Assembly (NCBI GenBank): GCA_005240065.1 | Contig: SBBG01000029.1 | Location: 3,222-27,221, forward strand | Source: Gammaproteobacteria bacterium | GTDB taxonomy: Bacteria > Pseudomonadota > Gammaproteobacteria > Ga0077554 > Ga007554 | Length of the DNA: 24,000 nt | Direction: 5' to 3' | The notes under the pieces: generated by a model | The model's input: the letters and a program-made list of their open reading frames with translations, nothing else | What the model was told of the DNA's origin: nothing | The model's database searches: none | Part shown: positions 1-8,516 of the stretch, one piece after another | Layout of the letters: each line of letters opens with the position of its first letter | How positions within the stretch are numbered: position 1 is the stretch's first letter | Program-made: the position numbers and the translations under genes

Positions 1-1484
1 TCTTCGATGATGGCGCGGCGCGTGGGGGGTTCGTGGAGGCGATGCAGAGGCGCGACGGGGAAGATCTGGTCGATGGCCCATACGTCGGGCATGGATTGGA
101 ACAGGGAGAAATTGCAGAAATACTTGTCGGCCAGTTTTTCGTTCAGTTCGTCCAGCGCCTCGCGATGGGATTTGACGCCCGGCTGGAGCAGAGAACGCAC
201 CTTGTGGCAGGTGGCGAAATAGATTTGCTCGGCGCGGGCGCGCTGTTCCAGCGTCAGCACGCCGTGGGTGTACATGTCCTGCGCCTCGGTCAGCCAGTGT
301 TGCGCATCGTGATAGGCTTCCAGCGCGGAGCGGCTGGAGGCGCTGGTCAGGCTGTGCCAGAGATCCTGGATGATCAGCGGTTCGTCGTCGCCGGCGGGGT
401 CGAGCGCGGCGCCGTCGGGGATGCGGTCGATGTCGGTGACGTTGGTGATCAGCACCGCGTGGTGGGCGGTCATGGCGCGGCCCGATTCGGTGATGATGTC
501 GGGGTGCGGAAGGTCCTGCTCGGCGCAGATCTCCCACAGCGCGTGCACCACATTGTTGGCGTATTCCTCCACGCTGTAGTTCATGGAACAGAAGCTGCGC
601 GAGCGCGTGCCTTCGTAGTCCACGCCCAGCCCGCCGCCGACATCGACACAGGAAATACCCGCGCCCATGCGCCGCAGCTCGGCATAATAACGGGCGGCCT
701 CGCGCATGCCCCGCTGGATATCGCGGATGTTGGCGATCTGCGAACCGAGATGGAAATGCAGCAATTGCAGCGTGTCGAGCATGTCCGCCGCGCGCAGCCG
801 CTCCACGACCTCCAGCACCTGGGATGCCGACAGGCCGAACTTGGATTTTTCGCCGCCGGTGTTCTGCCACTTGCCCGCGCCGATCGAGGCCAGGCGCATG
901 CGCATCCCGAGCAGCGGCGTGATGCCGAGGTTGCGCGATTCCTCCAGAATCAGTTCCAGTTCCGAAAGTTTTTCGACGACGATATAAACGCGGTGGCCGA
1001 GCTGTTTGCCGATCAGCGCCAGACGGATGTATTCGCGGTCCTTGTAGCCGTTGCAGATGACGACGCCGCCGTTGGCGTGGACCTGCGCCAGCACCGCCAG
1101 CAGCTCGGGCTTGCTGCCGGCCTCCAGCCCCACGCGTTCGCCGCCGTGGGCGAGGATGTGCTCGACCACGCTGCGCTGCTGGTTGACCTTGATCGGGTAC
1201 ACCGCGGTGAAGCGTGCCTGATAGCTGTCGGTGGCCATCGCCTGGGCGAAGGCATTGCACAGGGTATCCACCCGGTCGTGCAGGATGTCGGTGAAGCGCA
1301 CCAGCACCGGCAGCGACAGGCCCGTTTGCCGCACCTCTTCGGCCAGCCGGTACAGGTCCACGCCGGCGTGCTGGCGGTCGGGTCGCGCCACCAGGTGGCC
1401 TTCGGCGTTGGCGTCGAAATAGCCGCCGCTCCAATGGGTGATGTTGTAGGTGTCGCGGGCGTGTTGCAGGGTCCAGTCGGTCAT
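1..1484 (-). CDS. speA: Biosynthetic arginine decarboxylase, N-terminal ~494 codons; the 3' end runs off the left edge of the window
   Basis: Absent from the ORF track because it has no in-window stop. Reading the reverse complement from ATG 1484..1482 gives MTDWTLQHARDTYNITHWSGGYFD..AVYPIKVNQQRSVVEHI..GLEAGSKPELLAVLA..ICNGYKDREYIRLALIG..GGEKSKFGL..LLHFHLGSQI..VDVGGGLGVDYEG..ITESGRAMTAHH. This is colinear with conserved blocks of E. coli SpeA. The + strand ORF 33..1601 is its antisense shadow. Confidence 0.9.
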   Translation of the reverse strand, partial: MTDWTLQHARDTYNITHWSGGYFDANAEGHLVARPDRQHAGVDLYRLAEEVRQTGLSLPVLVRFTDILHDRVDTLCNAFAQAMATDSYQARFTAVYPIKVNQQRSVVEHILAHGGERVGLEAGSKPELLAVLAQVHANGGVVICNGYKDREYIRLALIGKQLGHRVYIVVEKLSELELILEESRNLGITPLLGMRMRLASIGAGKWQNTGGEKSKFGLSASQVLEVVERLRAADMLDTLQLLHFHLGSQIANIRDIQRGMREAARYYAELRRMGAGISCVDVGGGLGVDYEGTRSRSFCSMNYSVEEYANNVVHALWEICAEQDLPHPDIITESGRAMTAHHAVLITNVTDIDRIPDGAALDPAGDDEPLIIQDLWHSLTSASSRSALEAYHDAQHWLTEAQDMYTHGVLTLEQRARAEQIYFATCHKVRSLLQPGVKSHREALDELNEKLADKYFCNFSLFQSMPDVWAIDQIFPVAPLHRLHEPPTRRAIIE

Positions 1485-1605
1485 TGTTTAGACAGATACA
1501 AGAGAAAAGGGAAAAGATACAAGATTATACCGGGTTTGGTTTCATTCCGTGGGCGAATCTTGGATAATCTGTTTATCTTGAAATCCCGTTTCCAGGAGTG
1601 ATCGA

Positions 1606-2448
1606 ATGTCGTTGGATACAAGCTGGTACACCGAAATACACACCGCGCAAGGCTCGGCCTTTTCCCTGAAAATCAAGGAAAAGCTGCTCGACGAGCAGAG
1701 TCCCTTCCAGCGCATCGAGGTGTATGAAACGGAAGGGTTTGGCACCTTGATGACCCTCGATGGCCTGGTGATGGTGACCGACCTCGATAACTTCATCTAT
1801 CACGAAATGGTGTCGCACCCGGTGTTGTTCACCCACCCCGATCCCAAGGATGTGCTGATCATCGGCGGCGGCGATTGCGGCACGCTGCGCGAGGTGCTCA
1901 AGCATCCCGGCGTGACGCGGGCGCAGCAGGTGGACATCGACGAGGGCGTGACGCGCGCCGCCGAGCGTTTCTTCCCGGAGCTGTGCGAATCCAACAATGA
2001 CCCGCGCGCCGAGCTGTATTTCGACGACGGCATCAAATGGGTGAAGGATGCCGCCCCCGGCAGCTACGACATCATCATCGTCGACAGCACCGACCCGGTG
2101 GGTCCCGCCGAAGGACTGTTCTCCGCGCCCTTTTTCCGCGACTGCCACCGCGCGCTGCGCGATGGCGGTCTGATCGTGCAGCAGAGCGAGTCGCCGCTGT
2201 ACCACAAAAAACTCATCGACGATATGCGCGCCACGATGCGCGGCACCGGATTCGCCAGCACCCTGACGCTGAATTTTCCCCAGTGCAGCTACCCCTCCGG
2301 CTGGTGGTCGGCGACCTTGGCGAGCAAGAACGGGGATCTCTCTACCTTCCGCGAGCGGGATGCCGCCGCCAAAGCCTTCAAGACCCGCTACTACAATGCC
2401 GCTATCCATCGTGCGGCCATGGCGTTGCCGGAGTTTATGCGTAGCTGA
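1606..2448 (+). CDS. speE: Spermidine synthase (polyamine aminopropyltransferase)
   Basis: 280-aa ORF with an AGGAG Shine-Dalgarno sequence upstream of the ATG. It has SpeE hallmarks: QRIEVYETEGFGTLMTLDG, IYHEM, VLIIGGGDGGT-like GGGDCGTLREV, and IIIVDSTDPVGPAEGLF. It is divergent from speA. Confidence 0.93.
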   Translation: MSLDTSWYTEIHTAQGSAFSLKIKEKLLDEQSPFQRIEVYETEGFGTLMTLDGLVMVTDLDNFIYHEMVSHPVLFTHPDPKDVLIIGGGDCGTLREVLKHPGVTRAQQVDIDEGVTRAAERFFPELCESNNDPRAELYFDDGIKWVKDAAPGSYDIIIVDSTDPVGPAEGLFSAPFFRDCHRALRDGGLIVQQSESPLYHKKLIDDMRATMRGTGFASTLTLNFPQCSYPSGWWSATLASKNGDLSTFRERDAAAKAFKTRYYNAAIHRAAMALPEFMRS

Positions 2449-2469
2449 TTCATCGCCGGAGAATCTGTC

Positions 2470-5130
2470 GTGCTTAGACGATTCAAACTGTTTTTGCGCT
2501 GCATCGGCCTGATGTCTGGTGCTGTGGCGGTTTTCCTTCCCGCTCATCAGGCGGACGCCCAAGGTTATACCATTACCGATCTGGGGGCGAATATCTATCC
2601 CTATGACATCAGCACTAACGGCATCATCACCGGGATGGATGCGAATCAGTCGCCCCCGGTGGCGATGGTACGCAAAGATGGGGTGAACAAGCTCATTGGG
2701 CCGTCAGGCGTGGCAAGCCGGGCAACTGTGGTTAACAGCGCCGGGATGGCTGTGGGGTTTGAGTTCGAAGGTAATGACATCCCGAAGCGTGCTTTTCTGT
2801 GGCAAGAGAGGAAGGGTCTTAGCTACTTTGACGCCGGTATTGTCATAGCTTATGGCATAAACGAATTCGATCAGGCGACGGGGGGTACACTGGTCGATGG
2901 TCAGTACCGCGCCTTTCTCTATGATGCTATCACTGGTCAGATGAGCCTGCTGCCAACGCTGGCCGGGGATACGCTAGGTACTGCTGTCAACAGCTTTGCG
3001 GCAGTCGCAGGGTCCTCCCGCGGCCGTGATGGCGTATTGCATGCCTATATCTACAGTCGTGCCAATGGATTGCATCAATTGGATAGAGACAATCCTTTGC
3101 CCGGATTCGTGGGCAGCGATGTGAATGCCCTCAACGACGACAACCAGGTCGTCGGCTGGGCATTCTCCGATTTCTCCGGCAAGGACAGCAGCAAGCGAGC
3201 CTACGTCTGGGTGCGCGGGCCGGGCATGCAGGATCTTGGCGTGATCGGCAAGGACATTGGAAGCGTCGCCAACGATATCAACAGGGCCGGCCATGTGGTG
3301 GGCTATTCCGCGATCGACGACGCGGGTCTCACTCGCGCTTTTTTTCATGATCGCAAGAGCGGCGGAGTGGCGGCCCTGGATTCCGTGGTGATCGGCAGCT
3401 CGCCGCCAGTGACCCTGGTGTTTCTCGGCACCAGCAGCAACGGCGTTTTCAGAAGCGGGGACGGGGGGGCGAGCATCGTTTCAAAGAATACCGGGCTGGG
3501 CAATCTCAGCATCACCGAGATCGCATTGGGTGGCGCCGGCACGGTGTATGCCGGAACCGGCAGTGGCATCTATAAAAGCGTCAACGCGGGAGACACCTGG
3601 ACCGCCGTTAACAACGGCCTGGTTTACACCGATAACAGCGCGCCGCCAAAGCAGGTCGTGCCCGCGATCACGGCGCTGGTCATTGATCCGAAGAATCCGG
3701 CTACCCTTTATGCCGGCACCCCGGTTGGAGTCTACAGAAGCACGGACGGTGGCGCCAGTTGGGCGGCCTTCAACGGCGGCTTCACTCAGATCCCGGTTAT
3801 TCATGATCTGGCGACAGGCATATCCGGCAGCGGCTCCACAATTGTTTACGCCGCCACGAGTGGAGGCGTTTATGAGAGTGCGGGAGGGAACTGGCAATCC
3901 ATCCAGGGAAACCTGCAAGAGCGGAATATCACCTCCATTCAGGTGGGCACCGGCGCGCTATACGTAGGGGTCGGCTCCAGCGTTCATAAAGGAACGCCCG
4001 CGACAGGCAGTTGGGCATGGACTCTACTCAGCGATGGTCTTTCCGGCGGCGCGGTGCGGACACTGCGCACCTACTGCCCAGCCCCCGCCGCTTGCATCAT
4101 TTACGCTGGGTTGAGTACAGGTGTATATAAGCTCACCGACGGGACGAGCACCTGGATGCCCATGACCACTACCGGGCTTACCAATCCCGGCATTGTCGCC
4201 CTGTCGGTGGCGCGCACCTCGCCCAACCCCACGGTTTTCGCCGGCACGCAAAGCGGCATGTTTCGCATCGCTGAGGGCGGCGCGCAGTGGGAATTGACCA
4301 ATAACATGCAGGATCTCAATGGCCTGATTCCGGCCAATTCCGGCTGGTTTCTCTTCGACGCCACGGGTATCAACAATGCCGGACAGATCGTCGGCCGGGG
4401 TGCGTTCAACGGCCAGATCCATGGCTTCCTGTTGACGCCCGAAGGCGGAAAGATTCCCACCGCGCAGCTTGCCGTGACTAAAAACCTTCCCAGCGGGCCG
4501 TACCCGCAGCATGTGCCGGTGGTCTATAGCATCACGGTAACCAATAATGGTCCCGACACTGCCACTTCCGTACTACTCAGTGACTGGCTGCCCGACACCG
4601 TCACCCTGCAATCCGACCAGGCCGCCGGTTGCAACAGGACCAGCGACCCGACACTGGTCTGCGCATTGGGCGACCTGGCGCCGGGACAGAGCAAGACGGT
4701 GAGACTGGTGGTAACGCCCAACGGCCCGGATGTCAGGTTGGACAACGTCGCTCGCGCCGTGTCCAACGAGTCCGATCCGGCGTTTTCCGACAACACCTCG
4801 TCTGTTCAGGGCAAAACCGATAAATGTTTCATCGCCACCGCTGCCTATGGCTCGTTCCTCGACCCCCATGTCCAGGTGTTGCGCGATTTCCGCGACAGGT
4901 ATTTGCTGACCAATACCCCGGGGCGCGCTTTCGTCGCATGGTATTACCAACACTCCCCGCCGCTGGCCGCGTTCATCGCCCGGCACGAAGCCCTGCGCGC
5001 CGCCGCGCGCGTGGCGCTGACACCCGTGGTGTACGCGATGAAATATCCGGCGGCGGTTTTTGCGATGGTGGTGTTGTGGGTGATGGGGGTGGGTGGTTAT
5101 GCGTATCGCCGACGGGTGAGATGCATTTGA
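2470..5130 (+). CDS. Large secreted/cell-surface repeat protein. Order of parts: signal peptide, HAF-type extracellular repeats, seven BNR/Asp-box-like blades, one more HAF repeat, a DUF11 domain, and a [11 protein letters not shown]-terminal domain with a terminal TM helix and basic tail
   Basis: GTG start 6 nt after GGAGAA. The signal peptide is [33 protein letters not shown]-like units end in RAFLW, RAFLY, HAYIY, RAYVW, RAFFH and HGFLLTP. There are seven S/T-x-D-G-G-x-x-W-type motifs, such as [26 protein letters not shown] and [12 protein letters not shown] (nt ~3442-4300). The DUF11-like block is [39 protein letters not shown]. The C-terminus is [37 protein letters not shown].. followed by a TM helix and YRRRVRCI. 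Confidence 0.85.
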   Translation: MLRRFKLFLRCIGLMSGAVAVFLPAHQADAQGYTITDLGANIYPYDISTNGIITGMDANQSPPVAMVRKDGVNKLIGPSGVASRATVVNSAGMAVGFEFEGNDIPKRAFLWQERKGLSYFDAGIVIAYGINEFDQATGGTLVDGQYRAFLYDAITGQMSLLPTLAGDTLGTAVNSFAAVAGSSRGRDGVLHAYIYSRANGLHQLDRDNPLPGFVGSDVNALNDDNQVVGWAFSDFSGKDSSKRAYVWVRGPGMQDLGVIGKDIGSVANDINRAGHVVGYSAIDDAGLTRAFFHDRKSGGVAALDSVVIGSSPPVTLVFLGTSSNGVFRSGDGGASIVSKNTGLGNLSITEIALGGAGTVYAGTGSGIYKSVNAGDTWTAVNNGLVYTDNSAPPKQVVPAITALVIDPKNPATLYAGTPVGVYRSTDGGASWAAFNGGFTQIPVIHDLATGISGSGSTIVYAATSGGVYESAGGNWQSIQGNLQERNITSIQVGTGALYVGVGSSVHKGTPATGSWAWTLLSDGLSGGAVRTLRTYCPAPAACIIYAGLSTGVYKLTDGTSTWMPMTTTGLTNPGIVALSVARTSPNPTVFAGTQSGMFRIAEGGAQWELTNNMQDLNGLIPANSGWFLFDATGINNAGQIVGRGAFNGQIHGFLLTPEGGKIPTAQLAVTKNLPSGPYPQHVPVVYSITVTNNGPDTATSVLLSDWLPDTVTLQSDQAAGCNRTSDPTLVCALGDLAPGQSKTVRLVVTPNGPDVRLDNVARAVSNESDPAFSDNTSSVQGKTDKCFIATAAYGSFLDPHVQVLRDFRDRYLLTNTPGRAFVAWYYQHSPPLAAFIARHEALRAAARVALTPVVYAMKYPAAVFAMVVLWVMGVGGYAYRRRVRCI

Positions 5131-5303
5131 GAACCTGCTCAAGATCTCGCTGAAGGGCGCATCACGGCGTTGCCCTTTTTATAACAGGGGGCCTCAAAAT
5201 GCTCACATACTCCGTGTATGCTCCGCTTTTCGGCCATTTTCGCCTTACGCTGGGAACCCTTCGCTTCGCTCTTCCCTTGATCGAGAGCTTGAACAGGTTC
5301 TCA
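5128..5303. repeat. Imperfect ~176-bp palindromic element (MITE-like or long hairpin) that exactly fills the gap between two convergent genes
   Basis: The left arm 5131-5157 (gaacctgctcaagatctcgctgaaggg) matches the reverse complement of 5274-5300 at 23 of 27 positions. The symmetry extends over both TGA stop codons (5128-5130 and 5301-5303). The inner halves are also loosely symmetric around ~5213 (catac/gtatg). Confidence 0.55.
5153..5180 (+). terminator. Possible intrinsic terminator of the surface-protein gene
   Basis: The stem is aagggc(gc)..(gc)gttgccctt, followed by ttttt at 5176-5180. It lies 23 nt after the stop codon, inside the palindromic element. Confidence 0.35.
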
Positions 5304-5741
5304 CTCACACCATTTTTCCATCTCCGACTTGGTATTCCCGATCGCCTTCAGCCGTTCTTCATCGGATAGAATGCGCCGCTCGCCGTTGCCACCCTGTTCA
5401 AGGAGCATCGTCGCGCCCTGGTATTTTTCCAGACGCCGTTTGGCGTCGGCGCAGTTCTTGGTGATCTGTTCTTGCGCTTCCTTGGCGCTGGTGATTTGTC
5501 CCGGTTTCTTTTTTTCCTCTTCGTCCTGCTTGGGCTGTTTGTTCGGCGCCTCACGCCGCTGGCGCAGACTTTCGTCGACAGCAGGCGTGGGGGCGATCTT
5601 GAGGGTTTGCGCCGGGCCGCCTTGCGGCCGGTCGCCATAATGTACCTTGCCTTGGGAATCGACCCATTTAAAAACCTCACCGGCTGATACGCTGGCGCAA
5701 GCGAGAACCAGTCCGGCAATGGAGATGGCGTAGTATTTCAT
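5301..5741 (-). CDS. DUF4124 domain-containing secreted protein
   Basis: 146-aa ORF with signal peptide MKYYAISIAGLVLACASVSA. The DUF4124 signature EVFKWVDSQGKVHYGDRP follows, then a charged low-complexity linker (KQDEEEKKK). Confidence 0.8.
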   Translation of the reverse strand: MKYYAISIAGLVLACASVSAGEVFKWVDSQGKVHYGDRPQGGPAQTLKIAPTPAVDESLRQRREAPNKQPKQDEEEKKKPGQITSAKEAQEQITKNCADAKRRLEKYQGATMLLEQGGNGERRILSDEERLKAIGNTKSEMEKWCE

Positions 5742-5822
5742 GTTAGGATTTCCGCTTTTTCGGGATACATAGGTTAGCGGTAGCTTCGGTTTTACGCTTG
5801 AGTTTTAATCTGGAGAATAAAT

Positions 5823-6059
5823 ATGGCACAACCTGAAATTGCGCAAAAAGCGCCTTATGCGCTGGAGCTGGAAGCGGGGGAATACTGGTGGTGCGCCTGT
5901 GGCAAGTCGGCGAAACAGCCGTTTTGTGACGGGTCTCACAAGGGTACCGAGTTCAACCCGCAGAAGCTCACCTTGACCGGGAAAACCAGGGTATGGTTGT
6001 GCGGCTGCAAGCATAGCGGTACGAAGCCGTTCTGTGACGGTACGCATGGCAGGCTGTAA
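5823..6059 (+). CDS. CDGSH iron-sulfur domain-containing protein (two CDGSH motifs)
   Basis: 78-aa ORF with GGAGAA upstream of the ATG. The motifs are CACGKSAKQPFCDGSH and CGCKHSGTKPFCDGTH. Confidence 0.88.
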   Translation: MAQPEIAQKAPYALELEAGEYWWCACGKSAKQPFCDGSHKGTEFNPQKLTLTGKTRVWLCGCKHSGTKPFCDGTHGRL

Positions 6060-6099
6060 GCGCTGGTCCTGATTTGCGTTAATGCGGGGATAATTTTGC

Positions 6100-6146
6100 A
6101 GGGTGCGTTCCACGCACCAGATGTAATGGTGCGTGGAACGCACCCT
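6100..6146. repeat. REP-like palindrome, family A, copy 1 (possible bidirectional terminator)
   Basis: Perfect 20-bp stem agggtgcgttccacgcacca / tggtgcgtggaacgcaccct with a 7-nt loop. It lies between the convergent CDGSH and ComEA-like genes. The same sequence family occurs at 11606 and 13545. Confidence 0.85.
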
Positions 6147-6178
6147 ACGATATTTCACCCTATTGCCGCGAAATGGGG

Positions 6179-6637
6179 TTACTTGACGCTCAGCCTGCCC
6201 CGGTTCGCGGCGATGGTCTTCGGACCAATGCCGCGAACCTGGTTCAGTTCGTCGACGGATTTGAAGGGGCCATGCTGTTTTCTGTAGGCGATGATGGCGG
6301 CCGCTTTGCCAGGGCCAATGCCGTCAAGAACATTGATCAGCGTGCCGGCGTCGGCGGTGTTGAGGTTGACGCTTCGTGGCGTGGGCGTTGCTGCTGCTGC
6401 GGATGCCGGTTGTGAAACAAGCTCGGATTGGCGCGGGGTTGGTTGGGCGGCGGTTTCCGGTCGGCGCGGGCTTCTGTCGACAACGGCAGGCGGCGGCAGA
6501 TCGATGGGCCGCGTCGCGCGGGAGGGAGCATCATCGCTGTAGTGGGTCACTCCCTTGCTGTCCACCCATTTGTAGACATCGGCGGCCGATGGGGCGGTCA
6601 AGGTGATCGCAAGGATGACAAACAGGAAGTGCTTCAT
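6179..6637 (-). CDS. DUF4124-ComEA fusion: signal peptide, DUF4124 motif, Pro/Ala-rich linker, and a ComEA-type helix-hairpin-helix DNA-binding domain
   Basis: 152-aa ORF. The N-terminus MKHFLFVILAITLTAPSAADVYKWVDSKGVTHYSDD carries the DUF4124 motif. The C-terminus VNLNTADAGTLINVLDGIGPGKAAAIIAYRKQHGPFKSVDELNQVRGIGPKTI matches the ComEA HhH pattern. Confidence 0.82.
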   Translation of the reverse strand: MKHFLFVILAITLTAPSAADVYKWVDSKGVTHYSDDAPSRATRPIDLPPPAVVDRSPRRPETAAQPTPRQSELVSQPASAAAATPTPRSVNLNTADAGTLINVLDGIGPGKAAAIIAYRKQHGPFKSVDELNQVRGIGPKTIAANRGRLSVK

Positions 6638-6701
6638 GGTGTTTGAAGTCTTGTTATGGGTCGAAGCACGATTATACGCGCTGTTGGCGGGCTGTTGTCT
6701 A

Positions 6702-6739
6702 CTCCCTCACCCCGGCCCTCTCCCAGAGGGAGAGGGGGG
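6702..6739. repeat. REP-like element, family B, copy 1
   Basis: ctccctcaccccggccctctcccagagggagagggggg contains the hairpin ccctctccc-aga-gggagaggg. It lies just downstream of the amtB stop. A near-identical copy is at 9967-10006. Confidence 0.75.
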
Positions 6740-6756
6740 ATTGAGTTGGTGTTTTC

Positions 6757-8091
6757 CTAAAGGTTGTAGCCTCGCTCGTTGTGCTGGCTGATGTCCAGCC
6801 CTTCCGTTTCCTGCTCTTCCGTGACGCGCAGGCCGACAATCGCGTCGAGCGCTTTAAGGATGATGAAGGTCGCTATCGCGCAGTAAGCGCCCGTGACAGC
6901 TACACCGATGAATTGGTGCCAAAGTTGGCCGCCGATGTCGAGATCGGCTTTGGAGCCGCCAAAAGTGCTGGCCGCGAATACGCCGGTGAGTAGCGCGCCT
7001 GTGATGCCGGCGACGGCATGCACGCCGAACACGTCCAGCGAATCGTCGTAGCCCAGCGCCCGCTTGAGCTTGGTGGAGGCGATGAAGGCGAGCATTCCCG
7101 CCGCCAGGCCGATGGCCAGTGCGCCGATGGGGCCGACGTAGCCGGAGGCCGGGGTGATGGCGACCAGGCCCGCCACGGCGCCGGAGGCGATGCCCAGCAC
7201 GCTGGGTTTGCCGTGCGTCAGCCATTCGCTGAACATCCACGCCAGGGCCGCGGCGCCGGTGGCGATCTGGGTCACGGCCATCGCCATGCCCGCCGTGCCG
7301 TTGGCGGCCACGGCGCTGCCGGCGTTGAAGCCGAACCAGCCGACCCAGAGCATGGAGGCGCCTACCAGCGTCATGGTCAGGTTGTGCGGCGGCATGGCGG
7401 TGGTCGGGAAACCCTTGCGCTTGCCCAGCACCAGCGCCGCCACCAGGCCGGCGATGCCGGCGTTGATGTGCACCACGGTGCCGCCGGCGAAATCGAGCAC
7501 GCCCAGATCCCAGAGGTAGCCGCCGTCGCCACTCCACACCATGTGGGCGATCGGCACATACACCACAGTCACCCAGATCGCCATGAACCACAACATGGCG
7601 GAGAATTTCATGCGCTCGGCGAAGGCGCCGACGATCAGCGCCGGGGTGATGATGGCGAAGGTCATCTGGAAGGTCATGAATACCGTTTCAGGCACGGTGA
7701 GTGTCAGGCTGTCCACGCCCACGCCCGAAAGGAAGGCTTTGCTCAGGCCGCCGATGAAGGAGTTGAGATTGGTTACCCCTTTTTCCATGCCGGTGGTATC
7801 GAAGGCCATGCTGTAACCGTACATCATCCATAGCACGGTCACCAGCGAGGTGATGGCGAAACACTGCATCATCACCGACAACACGTTCTTGCTGCGCACC
7901 ATGCCGGCGTAGAACAGCGACAGTCCCGGAATGGTCATGAACAGCACCAGCGCGGTGGCGGTGAGCATCCAGGCGGTGTCGCCGGAGTTAAGCGTGGGTG
8001 CCGTGCCATCGGCCAGCGCCAGCGCGGGTGAACAGGCCGCGAACGCCAGCAGCAGGCGGGTAGTGGTTTTGTTTGGGGTGGAAAAAATCAT
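6757..8091 (-). CDS. amtB: Ammonium transporter
   Basis: The ORF is 6757..8112. I prefer the ATG at 8091, which has GGAGG 9 nt upstream. The signal-like N-terminus is followed by SGDTAWMLTATALVLFMTIPGLSLFYAGMVR, DFAGGTVVHINAG and FGVHAVAGITGALLTG, which are Amt family hallmarks. It lies directly downstream of glnK. Confidence 0.93.
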   Translation of the reverse strand: MIFSTPNKTTTRLLLAFAACSPALALADGTAPTLNSGDTAWMLTATALVLFMTIPGLSLFYAGMVRSKNVLSVMMQCFAITSLVTVLWMMYGYSMAFDTTGMEKGVTNLNSFIGGLSKAFLSGVGVDSLTLTVPETVFMTFQMTFAIITPALIVGAFAERMKFSAMLWFMAIWVTVVYVPIAHMVWSGDGGYLWDLGVLDFAGGTVVHINAGIAGLVAALVLGKRKGFPTTAMPPHNLTMTLVGASMLWVGWFGFNAGSAVAANGTAGMAMAVTQIATGAAALAWMFSEWLTHGKPSVLGIASGAVAGLVAITPASGYVGPIGALAIGLAAGMLAFIASTKLKRALGYDDSLDVFGVHAVAGITGALLTGVFAASTFGGSKADLDIGGQLWHQFIGVAVTGAYCAIATFIILKALDAIVGLRVTEEQETEGLDISQHNERGYNL

Positions 8092-8118
8092 TATTGTATT
8101 CCTCCACTGCATGGATGG

Positions 8119-8466
<348 letters not shown>

Positions 8467-8479
8467 TCAAGAATAAGGC

Positions 8480-8510
8480 GCGGGGGCGGCAAGGGAGGGA
8501 CCGCCCCCGC
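8480..8510 (-). terminator. GC-rich hairpin between the porin and glnK (possible intra-operon attenuator or processing site)
   Basis: Perfect 10-bp stem gcgggggcgg / ccgcccccgc with an 11-nt loop. On the minus strand it is followed by gccttattctt, which is only partly U-rich. It sits in the 59-nt porin-glnK gap. Confidence 0.35.
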
Positions 8511-8516
8511 ACGGGG

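Noticed and set aside
33-1601. 522-aa + strand ORF covering the first 1.6 kb
   Set aside because: The composition is Ala/Gly/Arg/Val-rich with no recognisable motifs, and it lies exactly antisense to a strongly SpeA-like reading frame. It is a GC-rich shadow ORF.
1573-2562. 329-aa minus-strand ORF overlapping speE
   Set aside because: It is the antisense shadow of a clear spermidine synthase gene and has no family signature.
6854-7833. 245-aa (-) and 271-aa (+) ORFs inside amtB
   Set aside because: These are off-frame or antisense reads of the amtB gene. They are Arg/Gly/His-rich low-complexity translations typical of GC-rich DNA.
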